From: Escherichia coli
GTDB lineage: Bacteria; Pseudomonadota; Gammaproteobacteria; Enterobacterales; Enterobacteriaceae
Direction: 5' to 3' (one strand)
Assembly: GCF_050920415.1 (NCBI RefSeq)
Contig: NZ_CP169309.1
Length of the DNA stretch: 64,000 nucleotides
The first letter of the stretch is position 1; each line of letters begins with the position of its first letter. Under the pieces are notes generated by a model. That model saw only the letters and a list, made by a program, of their open reading frames with translations. It had not been told where the DNA came from and did no database searches. A program made the position numbers and the translations under genes. Shown piece after piece: positions 1 through 9,442 of this stretch.

Positions 1-411
1 GCCGGTCATACCACCGGCCCCAATGGCTGCCCCCCATGCTGCAAGGGTGGCTCCGGCGGTAAAGAATGATCCGGCAATGGCGGCAGCCCCCAGGACAATC
101 TGGAATACGCCACCTGACTTGGCCCCGGCGACTCTGGGAACAATATGAATCACAGCGCCATCAGGCAGAGTCTCATGTAACTGCGCCGTTAACCCGGACG
201 TGCTGACGTCCCGCCCGGCAATCCGTACCTGATACCAGCCGTCGCTCAGTTTCTGACGAAACGCCGGGAGCTGTGTGGCCAGTGCCCGGATGGCTTCAGC
301 CCCCGTTTTCACACGAAGGTCGATGCGGCGACCAAATCGTTGTAAATCCCCGTAAAGGCAGATGCGCGCCATGCCCGGTGACGCCAGAGGGAGTGTGTGC
401 GTCGCTGCCAT
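1..411 (-). CDS. I: tail tip assembly protein I (lambda gpI-like); partial, 3' end beyond window start
   Basis: Minus-strand translation from ATG at 409-411 reads MAATHTLPLASPGMARICLYGDLQRFG... to ...FTAGATLAAWGAAIGAGGMTG at the window edge; overlaps the 3' end of K by ~100 nt as in lambda. Confidence 0.85.
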   Translation of the reverse strand, partial: MAATHTLPLASPGMARICLYGDLQRFGRRIDLRVKTGAEAIRALATQLPAFRQKLSDGWYQVRIAGRDVSTSGLTAQLHETLPDGAVIHIVPRVAGAKSGGVFQIVLGAAAIAGSFFTAGATLAAWGAAIGAGGMTG

Positions 412-1052
412 TTGTCGGTGTACCTCTCTCGTTTGCTCAGTTGTTCAGGAATATGGTGCAGCAGCTCGCCGTCGCCGCAGTAAATTGCGGCGTGATTCGG
501 CACCGATGAACCAAAACAGCACAGCAGCACATCGCCCGGCTGTGCCGCTGACAACGGCACCTGATACAGCCCCGTCGCCTCCAGATTATCCAGATAGAGA
601 TTCTGGCCGTTACGCCACCAGTCATCCTCACGATGAAAGTCCGGCATCTCAATCCCCGCCAGATGATAAGCATCCCGGAACAGTGTGTAACAGTCCGTCA
701 CACCGTGCTCAAAGCGCCGCCCGGTGAGATGCGGCACACAGCGGAACTTATGAATCGTCCCCCGGCAGACCAGCCACCACGGCAAATCACTCTGCACCTG
801 CAGCCGCCGGTCGGCCTCACTCAGCCAGGGCAGACCACCGGGGTGGCTGTGGACCAGCGCCACAATCTCACCCTGCATTTCTGCCTGCAGCCAGTCTTCC
901 GGCGACATACGGAAATACGCCTCCGGCTCACCGGAGATATTCACGCAGGGGAAATATCTTTCCCCCTCCGGCGTGCTTACCACGAAGCCGCACGACTCCG
1001 CTGGCGCACATCGCCGGGCGTGCGCCAGAATCGCTGATTCTGTCTGTGTCAT
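309..1052 (-). CDS. K: tail tip assembly protein K (lambda gpK-like, HSHPGG JAMM/MPN-like motif)
   Basis: Track ORF 247 aa MTQTESAILAHARRCAPAESCGFVV...; the start could instead be the internal Met (MSPEDWLQ...). Confidence 0.85.
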   Translation of the reverse strand: MTQTESAILAHARRCAPAESCGFVVSTPEGERYFPCVNISGEPEAYFRMSPEDWLQAEMQGEIVALVHSHPGGLPWLSEADRRLQVQSDLPWWLVCRGTIHKFRCVPHLTGRRFEHGVTDCYTLFRDAYHLAGIEMPDFHREDDWWRNGQNLYLDNLEATGLYQVPLSAAQPGDVLLCCFGSSVPNHAAIYCGDGELLHHIPEQLSKRERYTDKWQRRTHSLWRHRAWRASAFTGIYNDLVAASTFV

Positions 1053-1057
1053 GGGAT

Positions 1058-1756
1058 TTACTGCGAAAGTTTGTTAATGGAAAGGAAGCCGCCAAAGTTG
1101 CCGACGTTATTGCGGAACTTACAACCGCTCAGGCATTTGCTGCATTTATCCTTCGTGATATCGGACGTTGGCTGGTCATATTCATCCGCGACAGCCGGAC
1201 CGCTATAACCGCACTCGTCACCGCGATAGGTCCAGGTGCAGGTGTTGGCCAGCATGATACGTCCCGGAAAAACAGCGCCATCCGTTTCCGTCGGCGTGGA
1301 CAGTACAAAGGAGGCACTCACCGCGCTCAGTTCGCTGCACTGCTCAATGCGCCAGCGGCTGATCACCTCCTGCTCCGGATCGGCATAACTGTTTCCGTTG
1401 ACGAAGTTCACCGCATCCAGAAAACGGGCGTAAACCTTACGCCGGACCACCGTTCCGCCGACCAGACTCTGCATATCTTCCGCCATCCCGGTGACCATAC
1501 CGTACAGGTTAGAAACCGTCAGCGTGGGGCGCGTACTGGTGCCTTTGCCATTCAGTTCAAAACCGCTCCCCTGAATGGGATACGGCTGATACTGTCGCCC
1601 CTGCCAGGTGACCGGCTCACCTTTTTCGTTCTGCTCATTACAGAAAAAATAACGTTCTCCACCGACCTCTGTCAGGTCGATTTCCCAGAGCACCACGCTG
1701 GCCGACTGCTCCGCACGGGTGCATTCATTCAGTGTTTCCTGCCGGATATCCTGCAT
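1058..1756 (-). CDS. L: minor tail protein L (lambda gpL-like)
   Basis: Track ORF 232 aa MQDIRQETLNECTRAEQSASVVLWEIDL...; length and sequence as recalled for lambda L. Confidence 0.9.
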   Translation of the reverse strand: MQDIRQETLNECTRAEQSASVVLWEIDLTEVGGERYFFCNEQNEKGEPVTWQGRQYQPYPIQGSGFELNGKGTSTRPTLTVSNLYGMVTGMAEDMQSLVGGTVVRRKVYARFLDAVNFVNGNSYADPEQEVISRWRIEQCSELSAVSASFVLSTPTETDGAVFPGRIMLANTCTWTYRGDECGYSGPAVADEYDQPTSDITKDKCSKCLSGCKFRNNVGNFGGFLSINKLSQ

Positions 1757-2085
1757 CAGTTCACCACCTGTTCAAACTCTGCGCTGAACTCAACACGCAG
1801 CATACTGACCCGCGACGACCATTTTGCGCAGGTCACCTTTATCTGCCGCCACTCATAAGGCGGCGTCCACAGAAAGGATTTCCAGCCCCCGTGCTCTTCC
1901 AGAAACGACTCCAGTACCGTGGCCTCCTCACGGGGGACAGAAAGCGTCACGCTGTACGTTTTCAGGTTGGCATTCAGCCCGGCAGGCGCTCGCTGAGAAT
2001 AGCCATCACCAAAGCGCACCTTTCTTACAGAAGGGACCGAAGCCACATCCATACCGGGTTTCACTTTCCAGCGGAAGGTCTTCAT
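1756..2085 (-). CDS. M: minor tail protein M (lambda gpM-like)
   Basis: Track ORF 109 aa MKTFRWKVKPGMDVASVPSVRKVRFGDGYSQRAPAGL...; abuts L and H. Confidence 0.9.
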   Translation of the reverse strand: MKTFRWKVKPGMDVASVPSVRKVRFGDGYSQRAPAGLNANLKTYSVTLSVPREEATVLESFLEEHGGWKSFLWTPPYEWRQIKVTCAKWSSRVSMLRVEFSAEFEQVVN

Positions 2086-4643
2086 CGTCCACCTCCGGAG
2101 AACAGGCCACCATCACGCATCTGTGTCTGAATTTCATCACGGGCACCCTTGCGGGCCATGTCATACACCGCCTTCAGAGCAGCCGGACCTATCTGCCCGT
2201 TCGTGCCGTCGTTGTTAATCACCACATGGTTATTCTGCTCAAACGTCCCGGACGCCTGCGACCGGCTGTCTGCCATGCTGCCCGGTGTACCGACATAACC
2301 GCCGGTGGCATAGCCGCGCATCAGCCGGTAAAGATTCCCCACGCCAATCCGGCTGGTTGCCTCCTTCGTGAAGACAAACTCACCACGGTGAACAATCCCC
2401 GCTGGCTCATATTTGCCGCCGGTTCCCGTAAATCCTCCGGTTGCAAAATGGAATTTCGCCGCAGCGGCCTGAATGGCTGTACCGCCTGACGCGGATGCGC
2501 CGCCACCAACAGCCCCGCCAATGGCGCTGCCGATACTCCCGACAATCCCCACCATTGCCTGCTTAAGCAGAATTTCTGTCATCATGGACAGCACGGAACG
2601 GGTGAAGCTGCGCCAGTTCTGCTCACTGCCGGTCAGCATCGCTGCCATATTCTGTGCAATACCATCAAAGGTCTGCGTGGCTGCACTTTTTACCTGCGAC
2701 ATACTGTCCGTGGCGCTCTCTTCCCACTCACTCCAGCCGGACTTCAGGCCTGCCATCCAGCTCCCGCGAAGCTGGTCTTCAGCCGCCCAGGTCTTTTTCT
2801 GCTCTGACATGACGTTATTCAGCGCCAGCGGATTATCGCCATACTGTTCCTTCAGGCGCTGTTCCGTGGCTTCCCGTTCTGCCGGCCGGTCAGTCAGCCC
2901 CCGGCTTTTCGCATCAATGGCGGCCCGTTTTGCCCGTTGCTGCTGTGCGAATTTATCCGCCTGCTGCGCCAGCGCGTTCAGGCGCTCCTGATACGTAACC
3001 TTGTCGCCAAGTGCAGCCAGCTGGCGTTTGTACTCCAGCGTCTCATCTTTATGCGCCAGCAGGGATTTCTCCTGTGCGGACAGCTGGCGACGTTGTGCCG
3101 CCTCCTCCAGTACCGCGAACTGACTTTCTGCCTTCCACAAATCCCGGCGCTGCTGGCTGATTTTCTCATTTGCTCCGGCATGCTTCTCCAGCGTCCGGAG
3201 TTCTGCCTGAAGCGTCAGCAGGGCAGCATGAGCACTGTCTTCCTGACGATCGCCCGCAGACACCTTCACGCCGGACTGTTTCGGCTTTTTCAGCGTCGCT
3301 TCATAATCCTTTTTCGCCGCCGCCATCAGCGTGTTGTAATCCGCCTGCAGGATTTTCCCGTCTTTCAGTGCCTTGTTCAGTTCTTCCTGACGGGCGGTAT
3401 ATTTCTCCAGCGGCGTCTGCAGCCGTTCGTAAGCCTTCTGCGCCTCTTCGGTATATTTCAGCCGTGACGCTTCGGTATCGCTCTGCTGCTGCGCATTTTT
3501 GTCCTGTTGAGTCTGCTGCTCAGCCTTCTTTCGGGCGGCTTCAAGCGCAAGACGGGCCTTTTCACGATCATCCCAGTAACGCGCCCGCGCTTCATCGTTA
3601 ACAAAATAATCATCCTTGCGCAGATTCCAGATGTCGTCTGCTTTCTTAAACGCAGCCTCTGCCTTAATCAGCATCTCCTGCGCGGTATCAGGACGACCAA
3701 TATCCAGCACCGCATCCCACATGGATTTGAAGGCCCGCGCAGTCCTGTCTGCCCAGGTCTCCAGCGTGCCCATGTTCTCTTTCAGGCGGCGGGTCTGGTC
3801 ATCAAACCCTTTCGTTGCGGCCTCGTTCGCCGCCTGCAATGCCCCGGCTTCATCGCCGGAACGCTGCAACTGAGCAACATACGCAATCTGCTCCGCCGTC
3901 ACGTTATGGAACTGGCGTGCCATCGCCGTCAGCCCCGACGTCGGGTCTGTGGTCAGCTTCCCGAAGGCTTCAGCGACCTTGTCCACCTCCACGCCGGATG
4001 CAGAGGAGAAACGCGCCACACTCTGGCTGATGGACGCAATCTGAGCCTCACCGCTTACCCCCGCCTTAACCAGTGCGCTGAGTGACTCGCTGGTCTGGTT
4101 AAACGTCAGCCCTGCCGCCTGCCCGGCTCTGGACAGGACCAGCATGCGATCTGCCGTCAGACCCGACTGATTGCCGGAAAGGACCAGCGTTTTGTTGAAA
4201 TCGGACAGGGTTGAGTTGCCCTGATACCAGGCATACGCCAGCGCACCGGTCGCCACCGCCAGCGAGGTGGCCCCCACCATCGGCAGGGTGATCGCACCGG
4301 CAAGCCCCCTGAACATGGGGATCATCCCGCCGAAGGAGTCCTTCACCTGCCCCCCCTGTTGCAGCAGGATCAGCCACGGACTTTGCCCGCCTGCAAGCTG
4401 CGTGGCCACGTCGGTGAACTGTGCAGGCAGCATACGCATGGCGGCTTTATACTGCCCGACGGAAATCCCCGCTTTCTGTGCAGCCAGCGCCTGTCGGCTC
4501 AGCGACTGTTCAACGACTGCCGCTGTTTTTTTCGCATCACTTTCCGTACCGGAAAAATGACGCCTGACTCTGGCCATCTGCTCGTCAAATCTGGCCGCAT
4601 CCAGACTTAAATCAACGACCAGATCGCCTACCGGTTCAGCCAT
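2082..4643 (-). CDS. H: tail tape measure protein (lambda gpH-like)
   Basis: Track ORF 853 aa MAEPVGDLVVDLSLDAARFDEQMARVRRHFSG...; Ala/Gln-rich coiled-coil body with a Gly-rich C-terminal region. Confidence 0.95.
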   Translation of the reverse strand: MAEPVGDLVVDLSLDAARFDEQMARVRRHFSGTESDAKKTAAVVEQSLSRQALAAQKAGISVGQYKAAMRMLPAQFTDVATQLAGGQSPWLILLQQGGQVKDSFGGMIPMFRGLAGAITLPMVGATSLAVATGALAYAWYQGNSTLSDFNKTLVLSGNQSGLTADRMLVLSRAGQAAGLTFNQTSESLSALVKAGVSGEAQIASISQSVARFSSASGVEVDKVAEAFGKLTTDPTSGLTAMARQFHNVTAEQIAYVAQLQRSGDEAGALQAANEAATKGFDDQTRRLKENMGTLETWADRTARAFKSMWDAVLDIGRPDTAQEMLIKAEAAFKKADDIWNLRKDDYFVNDEARARYWDDREKARLALEAARKKAEQQTQQDKNAQQQSDTEASRLKYTEEAQKAYERLQTPLEKYTARQEELNKALKDGKILQADYNTLMAAAKKDYEATLKKPKQSGVKVSAGDRQEDSAHAALLTLQAELRTLEKHAGANEKISQQRRDLWKAESQFAVLEEAAQRRQLSAQEKSLLAHKDETLEYKRQLAALGDKVTYQERLNALAQQADKFAQQQRAKRAAIDAKSRGLTDRPAEREATEQRLKEQYGDNPLALNNVMSEQKKTWAAEDQLRGSWMAGLKSGWSEWEESATDSMSQVKSAATQTFDGIAQNMAAMLTGSEQNWRSFTRSVLSMMTEILLKQAMVGIVGSIGSAIGGAVGGGASASGGTAIQAAAAKFHFATGGFTGTGGKYEPAGIVHRGEFVFTKEATSRIGVGNLYRLMRGYATGGYVGTPGSMADSRSQASGTFEQNNHVVINNDGTNGQIGPAALKAVYDMARKGARDEIQTQMRDGGLFSGGGR

Positions 4644-4685
4644 ACCGGACTCCTCCTGCGATCCCTTCTGATACTGTCATCAGCA

Positions 4686-5069
4686 TTACGTCATCTCCGT
4701 CATGTCCGCCACATCCGGGGAAGCGGGGATAACTTCATTCCCGTCCGGGCCAAAGCGGACACCTCCGGCAAGCCCTGCCGCTTTCTGCATCAGCACATCA
4801 TCTTCAGGCTCTTCGTCAGCCTCGCGCCGGTTCAGCAGACTGAAATCCAGCGGATGCATATCCGGATCGCTGAAAAACAGGCTGAGCACGGTGTACGTCA
4901 GCCCGGAAAAGTGCATATCCAGCAGAACATCATGAAAATAATGGGTACTGTAAAAGCGGTGCCAGTCGGCATACTCCGTGGATGACATCCCGGCAAGCAT
5001 GGCACGCCAGTCAGGTCGCCCCATCTCACGCGCCAGTTTCAGGGCAAAACTCAGCTCACCGTCGAACAC
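4686..5069 (-). CDS. T: tail assembly chaperone T-frame segment (partner of G in the G-T fusion); C-terminally truncated relative to lambda T
   Basis: Track ORF 127 aa ...FDGELSFALKLAREMGRPDWRAMLAGMSSTEYADWHRFYSTHYFHDVLL...; ends ...DMTEMT* 43 nt upstream of the H start instead of overlapping it. Confidence 0.75.
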   Translation of the reverse strand: MFDGELSFALKLAREMGRPDWRAMLAGMSSTEYADWHRFYSTHYFHDVLLDMHFSGLTYTVLSLFFSDPDMHPLDFSLLNRREADEEPEDDVLMQKAAGLAGGVRFGPDGNEVIPASPDVADMTEMT

Positions 5070-5472
5070 TTTCCCGCAGAAACAGGCTCTGCGGGCCCGG
5101 CGTCCTCTGTCTGTTCAGGGCATTATTCACCACAAACTCATACATACCAGACAGCCGGTACACCACGTTTTCAGCATGAGAAATTGCCTCCGTGGGCCAG
5201 GTGGTAAGCACTTCCTGCTCAATCTGTTTAACGGCTTCATTCATGGACGGCAGCTTTGTCTTCTGCGGATGGTTATGCCACAGGGACATCGCCACCAGAA
5301 ACGCGCCGGTTCTGATGGCGTCTTCCACAGTAAACTTCCGGTTGCTGTCTGACTCCGCCTGTTCTGCCTGCCGTTTCATCAGGGCGAGATGCTCAATGCG
5401 CTGCAGGGCTGACAGTTCAGAAAGCGTGACGGTCACACCGTTATGTTCAAATGATTCGGTTTTCAGGAACAT
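5056..5472 (-). CDS. G: tail assembly chaperone G (lambda gpG-like) with frame-changed C-terminus
   Basis: Track ORF 138 aa MFLKTESFEHNGVTVTLSELSALQRIEHLALMKRQAEQ... ending ...VVNNALNRQRTPGPQSLFLRESVRR; slippery heptamer GGGAAAG at 5069-5075 (minus strand). Confidence 0.8.
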   Translation of the reverse strand: MFLKTESFEHNGVTVTLSELSALQRIEHLALMKRQAEQAESDSNRKFTVEDAIRTGAFLVAMSLWHNHPQKTKLPSMNEAVKQIEQEVLTTWPTEAISHAENVVYRLSGMYEFVVNNALNRQRTPGPQSLFLRESVRR

Positions 5473-5487
5473 CGCTGACTCTCCGGA

Positions 5488-6227
5488 TTAACTGTCGGTG
5501 ACAGTGATTTCTGCAACCGCAGCAAGTTCACCATTACCGGATAAAACCGGAATGTTGACCTTACCTGCAGCAACGCCTTTCACGGTGATGGTCATACCAC
5601 TGACCGACACGGTGGCTTTTGTTTTATCCGCTGACACCGCACGGAAGCTCTTGTCAGTTGCGCCCTCCGGCTGGAATGCCACGGTCAGCGTGGTGCTCTG
5701 CCCTTTCACCACCGAGGAGCTGGCAGGCGTCACGGTCATACCGGTTGCCGCTGTTACCGTGCTGCGATTTCTGCCATTGACGGACGGCCCACATTGGTGA
5801 CCTTCACCGTACGGGTGATCACTTCCTTCGCCGTCACCGCCTTACCGATACTGCTGACCCAGCCACGGAACACATCGACCGTGCCGTTCGGGAAGCGGAT
5901 TTTATAGGCACGGGTATCACCTTCATTAAACCACGCCAGCAGCGCCTGCTGCCCCTGCTCTCCGGGCATCCACGCCAGCGTGAAGCTGGTATCTCCGGCG
6001 GATTTCTGCCCCTGCCCGGTCGCGGTCCAGTCCGCATCTTCATCATCGAGATAACTGTCGTCATAGGACTCAGCGGTCAGTTCGCCGGGCGTCAGGTCTT
6101 TAACTTTAGCCAGACGCGACCAGTCAACGTCTGAAAGCGGGTTCGCATAAGGGTCGCCGCTCCCGTTATAAACCCACAGGGTGGTCCCGGCACCTTTCAC
6201 CGGTATTGCTGGATTTGGTACAGGCAT
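5488..6227 (-). pseudogene. V: major tail tube protein V (lambda gpV-like) split by a single-base frameshift into a tube-domain ORF (5754-6227) and an Ig-like C-terminal domain ORF (5488-5739)
   Basis: ORF 5754-6257 contains [20 protein letters not shown]...[11 protein letters not shown]; ORF 5488-5739 ([26 protein letters not shown]...ITVTDS) is in a different frame; the two are contiguous in lambda V. Confidence 0.75.
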
Positions 6228-6234
6228 ATCGTCC

Positions 6235-6630
6235 TCACATTTCATAGGTAATGACATAAGTCAGATCGGCAGAACTCCACAGGCCCGCATCATCGTCGCG
6301 CCGGTAGTCATAGCCACTGGCCACCATACTGGTGATCAAATCTGACAGTGCCGGGATATCGCTCATCACCGGATAAATCCGGGACTCCATCCACGCATCC
6401 AGCTCTGAATCCGGCACCTGAGCAGGCAGGAAAACTTCGATATGCAGTTCCGCCTGCCAGGTATCGCTGTCCAGCTCTTCGCCCGTGTATTCAGCGCCGG
6501 TGAGATAAACGGCAACTGCCGGAAAATCCGCCTCATCAAAAACAGCGGGGCGACCATCAAAAAACGTCGCCCCGGTGTCATGCTTCTCCAGTGCATCCAG
6601 TACGGCTGCACGGAGTTCAGTATGTTTCAT
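6235..6630 (-). CDS. U: tail terminator protein U (lambda gpU-like)
   Basis: Track ORF 131 aa [31 protein letters not shown]... Confidence 0.9.
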   Translation of the reverse strand: MKHTELRAAVLDALEKHDTGATFFDGRPAVFDEADFPAVAVYLTGAEYTGEELDSDTWQAELHIEVFLPAQVPDSELDAWMESRIYPVMSDIPALSDLITSMVASGYDYRRDDDAGLWSSADLTYVITYEM

Positions 6631-7205
6631 CGCTTTATTACCATCCTCAGTTGATGCTGCAGCGCATAGCCCAGCTCTTTCGGAAGACGCTCACGCCGTA
6701 TCCGCTCAATATTCTGTTTAAACGCCGTGGTCAGCGGCACCGCCATCGGGATTTTCACCACATCAATGGGGTAACGGTTTTTCCCGGCCACACGCTGCAT
6801 GACATGCCAGCGGCCATTTTTCAGTTGCTGAATAAACGCGCCGGGAATACGACGGTTTCCCACCACAAGCACGCTGCCGCCACCTTTCAGGGCTGAACGC
6901 TGCCCCTTTTTACGACGCCTGCGTCGGGACAGGACAATCCGCGCGTTACCCAGCTTTATTACGGGCAAATCCCCCCGGTTAACCTTGATTCTGGCCTGCG
7001 GATTTTTGACCGTGGCCCTTTTCAGCCTGGCCCTTTCCTTTACCAGTTTCCGGCGTACCTTTGTCTCACGGGCAACCTGTGACGCCGACTGCGATATCGC
7101 GGATGAAGCAACGCGGTTAATGGCCATTGCGGCAGCACCGGGCACCGCCGTTCTGCTGATACGGCTGAGGTTTTCAACGGCCTGCTCAAGACCTTTTATG
7201 GCCAT
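6627..7205 (-). CDS. Z: tail completion protein Z (lambda gpZ-like)
   Basis: Track ORF 192 aa MAIKGLEQAVENLSRISRTAVPGAAAMAINRV... Confidence 0.9.
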   Translation of the reverse strand: MAIKGLEQAVENLSRISRTAVPGAAAMAINRVASSAISQSASQVARETKVRRKLVKERARLKRATVKNPQARIKVNRGDLPVIKLGNARIVLSRRRRRKKGQRSALKGGGSVLVVGNRRIPGAFIQQLKNGRWHVMQRVAGKNRYPIDVVKIPMAVPLTTAFKQNIERIRRERLPKELGYALQHQLRMVIKR

Positions 7206-7216
7206 ACATCCCCCTT

Positions 7217-7570
7217 TCAGCGGCGACGGTTAACGGCAGGCGGTACGCCCCGCCCAAGCCAGAGATGACAGCTTCCGCCATCATCCGGCGAAATCCGGTC
7301 TATCCAGAAGTTTTCCTCACCGATGGTCAGCGTGTCGCCGCGCCGCAGCTGCCGCACATCATCAGTCCGGACAAACATGGACGGGCTGGAGCCTTCAACG
7401 CGCACGCCCGGTCCGGCATAGCTGATATTTTCAGGGTCATCAAAAACACCACGTATCACAGCACCGGACTGCTCACCGGATGTCATGGTGGCTGACGTTC
7501 CCATGTACCCGCGTATCGTTTCATCGGCGCGGGCAATGGCAGCATCGAACAGGTTATCGAAATCAGCCAC
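7217..7570 (-). CDS. FII: head-tail connector protein FII (lambda gpFII-like)
   Basis: Track ORF 117 aa MADFDNLFDAAIARADETIRGYMGTSATMTSGEQSG... Confidence 0.9.
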   Translation of the reverse strand: MADFDNLFDAAIARADETIRGYMGTSATMTSGEQSGAVIRGVFDDPENISYAGPGVRVEGSSPSMFVRTDDVRQLRRGDTLTIGEENFWIDRISPDDGGSCHLWLGRGVPPAVNRRR

Positions 7571-7581
7571 AGCGCCTCCCG

Positions 7582-7977
7582 TTATTGCATTCTGGCCAGG
7601 CCGCGCTCTGTCATTTCGGCTGCCACACCGGCAGAGACACGGAACGCCGTTCCCGGCAGCACAAATGCCACAGGTTCATCCCGCGTGGCGTGAAGTGCAT
7701 CAGTATGCAGCGTCACCAGTGCCACAACCGTGACCAGATCAGCCGTATCAGTCACGGTATCCGGCTGCGCTGATACCACCTCATTTTCATGTCCGGTCAG
7801 CGCATTTTCCGGGCTGACAGATGTGTCCTGACCGGCAGCGTCATCCGTGTCATCAAGCTCCTCTTCCAGCTCTGCCACACGGAGCGCCAGTTCTTCTTTC
7901 GTCCCCGTCAGGCTGACATCACGGTTCAGTTGTTCACCCAGCGAGCGGAGACGGGCAATCAGTTCATCTTTCGTCAT
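7582..7977 (-). CDS. FI: DNA packaging protein FI (lambda gpFI-like)
   Basis: Track ORF 7582-8016; start chosen at internal Met (MTKDELIARLRSLGEQLNRDVSLTG...), giving 131 aa. Confidence 0.85.
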   Translation of the reverse strand: MTKDELIARLRSLGEQLNRDVSLTGTKEELALRVAELEEELDDTDDAAGQDTSVSPENALTGHENEVVSAQPDTVTDTADLVTVVALVTLHTDALHATRDEPVAFVLPGTAFRVSAGVAAEMTERGLARMQ

Positions 7978-8018
7978 GGACTCCTCCACAGAGAGAAAAT
8001 GGCCCCGAAGGGCCATGA

Positions 8019-9044
8019 TTACGCCAGTTGTACGGACACGAACTCATCAGGGTCAGCCAGCAGCATCAGCGGTGCTGACTGAATCATGGTGAACTCACGC
8101 GCCGGATCGCCGGTGGTCACCCAGTTTTTCGGGTAACGGGCAGAGGCGTTAATGCCTTCGCGCTGTGCGTCCGCATCCTGAATGCAGCCATAGGTGCGCA
8201 GACCGCGTGCCTGAGTGTTACCCAGCACCATCGTGTTGTCCGGCAGGAAGTTCTTTTTGACGCCGTTTTCCACGTACTGTCCGGAATACACGACGATGGC
8301 CACATCGCCATACATCCCCTTATAGGACACCGCTTTGCCCAGGTCTTTCACCGCTGTCTCCAGCTCGGAATTAGAGCCACGACGGGTATCCAGCTTCTCC
8401 CTGACGGCTTTGAAGGAACGGAACAGCGCCCAGCCTTTCGGATCGAACACGATGATATTCACCACACCGCTGGCGTTCAGCGCGTAGGCTTCGATATCGT
8501 CGGTCGGGTCATACGTGGACTTGTCACGCTTGCTCCACTCCGTGCCGCCGGACTGCGTGATGTTATTCTCCTCACTGCGGCCCATATCCACCTCAACCGG
8601 ATCGAAGGCTTCACCGGTCATGGTGTATTTGCCCTTAAGCACGGCAGAAACTGCCTGCATCTCTTCGACCTGAGCAATGGCCAGCTCTTCGTCACGCATG
8701 TTCTGCATGATGATGCGACGGCGGCGGTAAGCCGGGTCCGCCAGATTCTGCGGATCTTCATCCGGCAGGCGACGCAGGGTCATCTGCGGATTCACTTCAT
8801 GCTTCGGCTTGACATATCCCGGCGTAAATTCAGAGGTGGAGCCGCCACGGGAACGGATAACCTCACCGGAAACAATCGGCGAAACGTACAGCGCCATGTT
8901 TACCAGTCCCGGAATTTGTGAGAGATAGACTTTCTCCGTGGTGAAGGGATAGCTCTCACGGAAAAAGAGACGCAGAAACAGCGGATCAAACTTAAATTTC
9001 TGCTCATTTGCCGCCAGCAGTTGGGCGGTTGTGTACATCGACAT
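8019..9044 (-). CDS. E: major capsid protein E (lambda gpE-like)
   Basis: Track ORF 341 aa MSMYTTAQLLAANEQKFKFDPLFLRLFFRESYPF... Confidence 0.95.
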   Translation of the reverse strand: MSMYTTAQLLAANEQKFKFDPLFLRLFFRESYPFTTEKVYLSQIPGLVNMALYVSPIVSGEVIRSRGGSTSEFTPGYVKPKHEVNPQMTLRRLPDEDPQNLADPAYRRRRIIMQNMRDEELAIAQVEEMQAVSAVLKGKYTMTGEAFDPVEVDMGRSEENNITQSGGTEWSKRDKSTYDPTDDIEAYALNASGVVNIIVFDPKGWALFRSFKAVREKLDTRRGSNSELETAVKDLGKAVSYKGMYGDVAIVVYSGQYVENGVKKNFLPDNTMVLGNTQARGLRTYGCIQDADAQREGINASARYPKNWVTTGDPAREFTMIQSAPLMLLADPDEFVSVQLA

Positions 9045-9100
9045 AAAAAAATCCCGTAAAAAAAAGCCGCACAGGCGGCCTTTAGTGATGAAGGGTAAAG

Positions 9101-9433
9101 TTAAACGATGCTGATTGCCGTTCCGGCAAACGCGGTCCGTTTTTTCGTCTCGTCGCTGGCAGCCTCCGGCCAGAGCACATCCTCATAACGGAACGTGCCG
9201 GACTTGTAGAACGTCAGCGTGGTGCTGGTCTGGTCAGCAGCAACCGCAAGAATGCCAACGGCAGCACCGTCGGTGGTGCCATCCCACGCAACCAGCTTAC
9301 GGCTGGAGGTGTCCAGCATCAGCGGGGTCATTGCAGGCGCTTTCGCACTCAATCCGCCGGGCGCGGTTGCGGTATGAGCCGGGTCACTGTTGCCCAGCGG
9401 CTGGTAATGGGTAAAGGTTTCTTTGCTCGTCAT
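9101..9433 (-). CDS. D: head decoration protein D (lambda gpD-like)
   Basis: Track ORF 9101-9439; start at second Met gives 110 aa [27 protein letters not shown]... Confidence 0.9.
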   Translation of the reverse strand: MTSKETFTHYQPLGNSDPAHTATAPGGLSAKAPAMTPLMLDTSSRKLVAWDGTTDGAAVGILAVAADQTSTTLTFYKSGTFRYEDVLWPEAASDETKKRTAFAGTAISIV

Positions 9434-9442
9434 AAACATCCC

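Noticed and set aside
2473-4610. Multiple plus-strand track ORFs (e.g. 2473-2991, 2937-3467, 3507-4085) inside the tape-measure gene
   Set aside because: They are antisense to a well-supported 853-aa gene, have biased low-complexity translations and no RBS context; treated as non-coding shadows. Similar antisense shadow ORFs inside L, A, B, sfmD, cysS, fdrA, ylbE and others were discarded.
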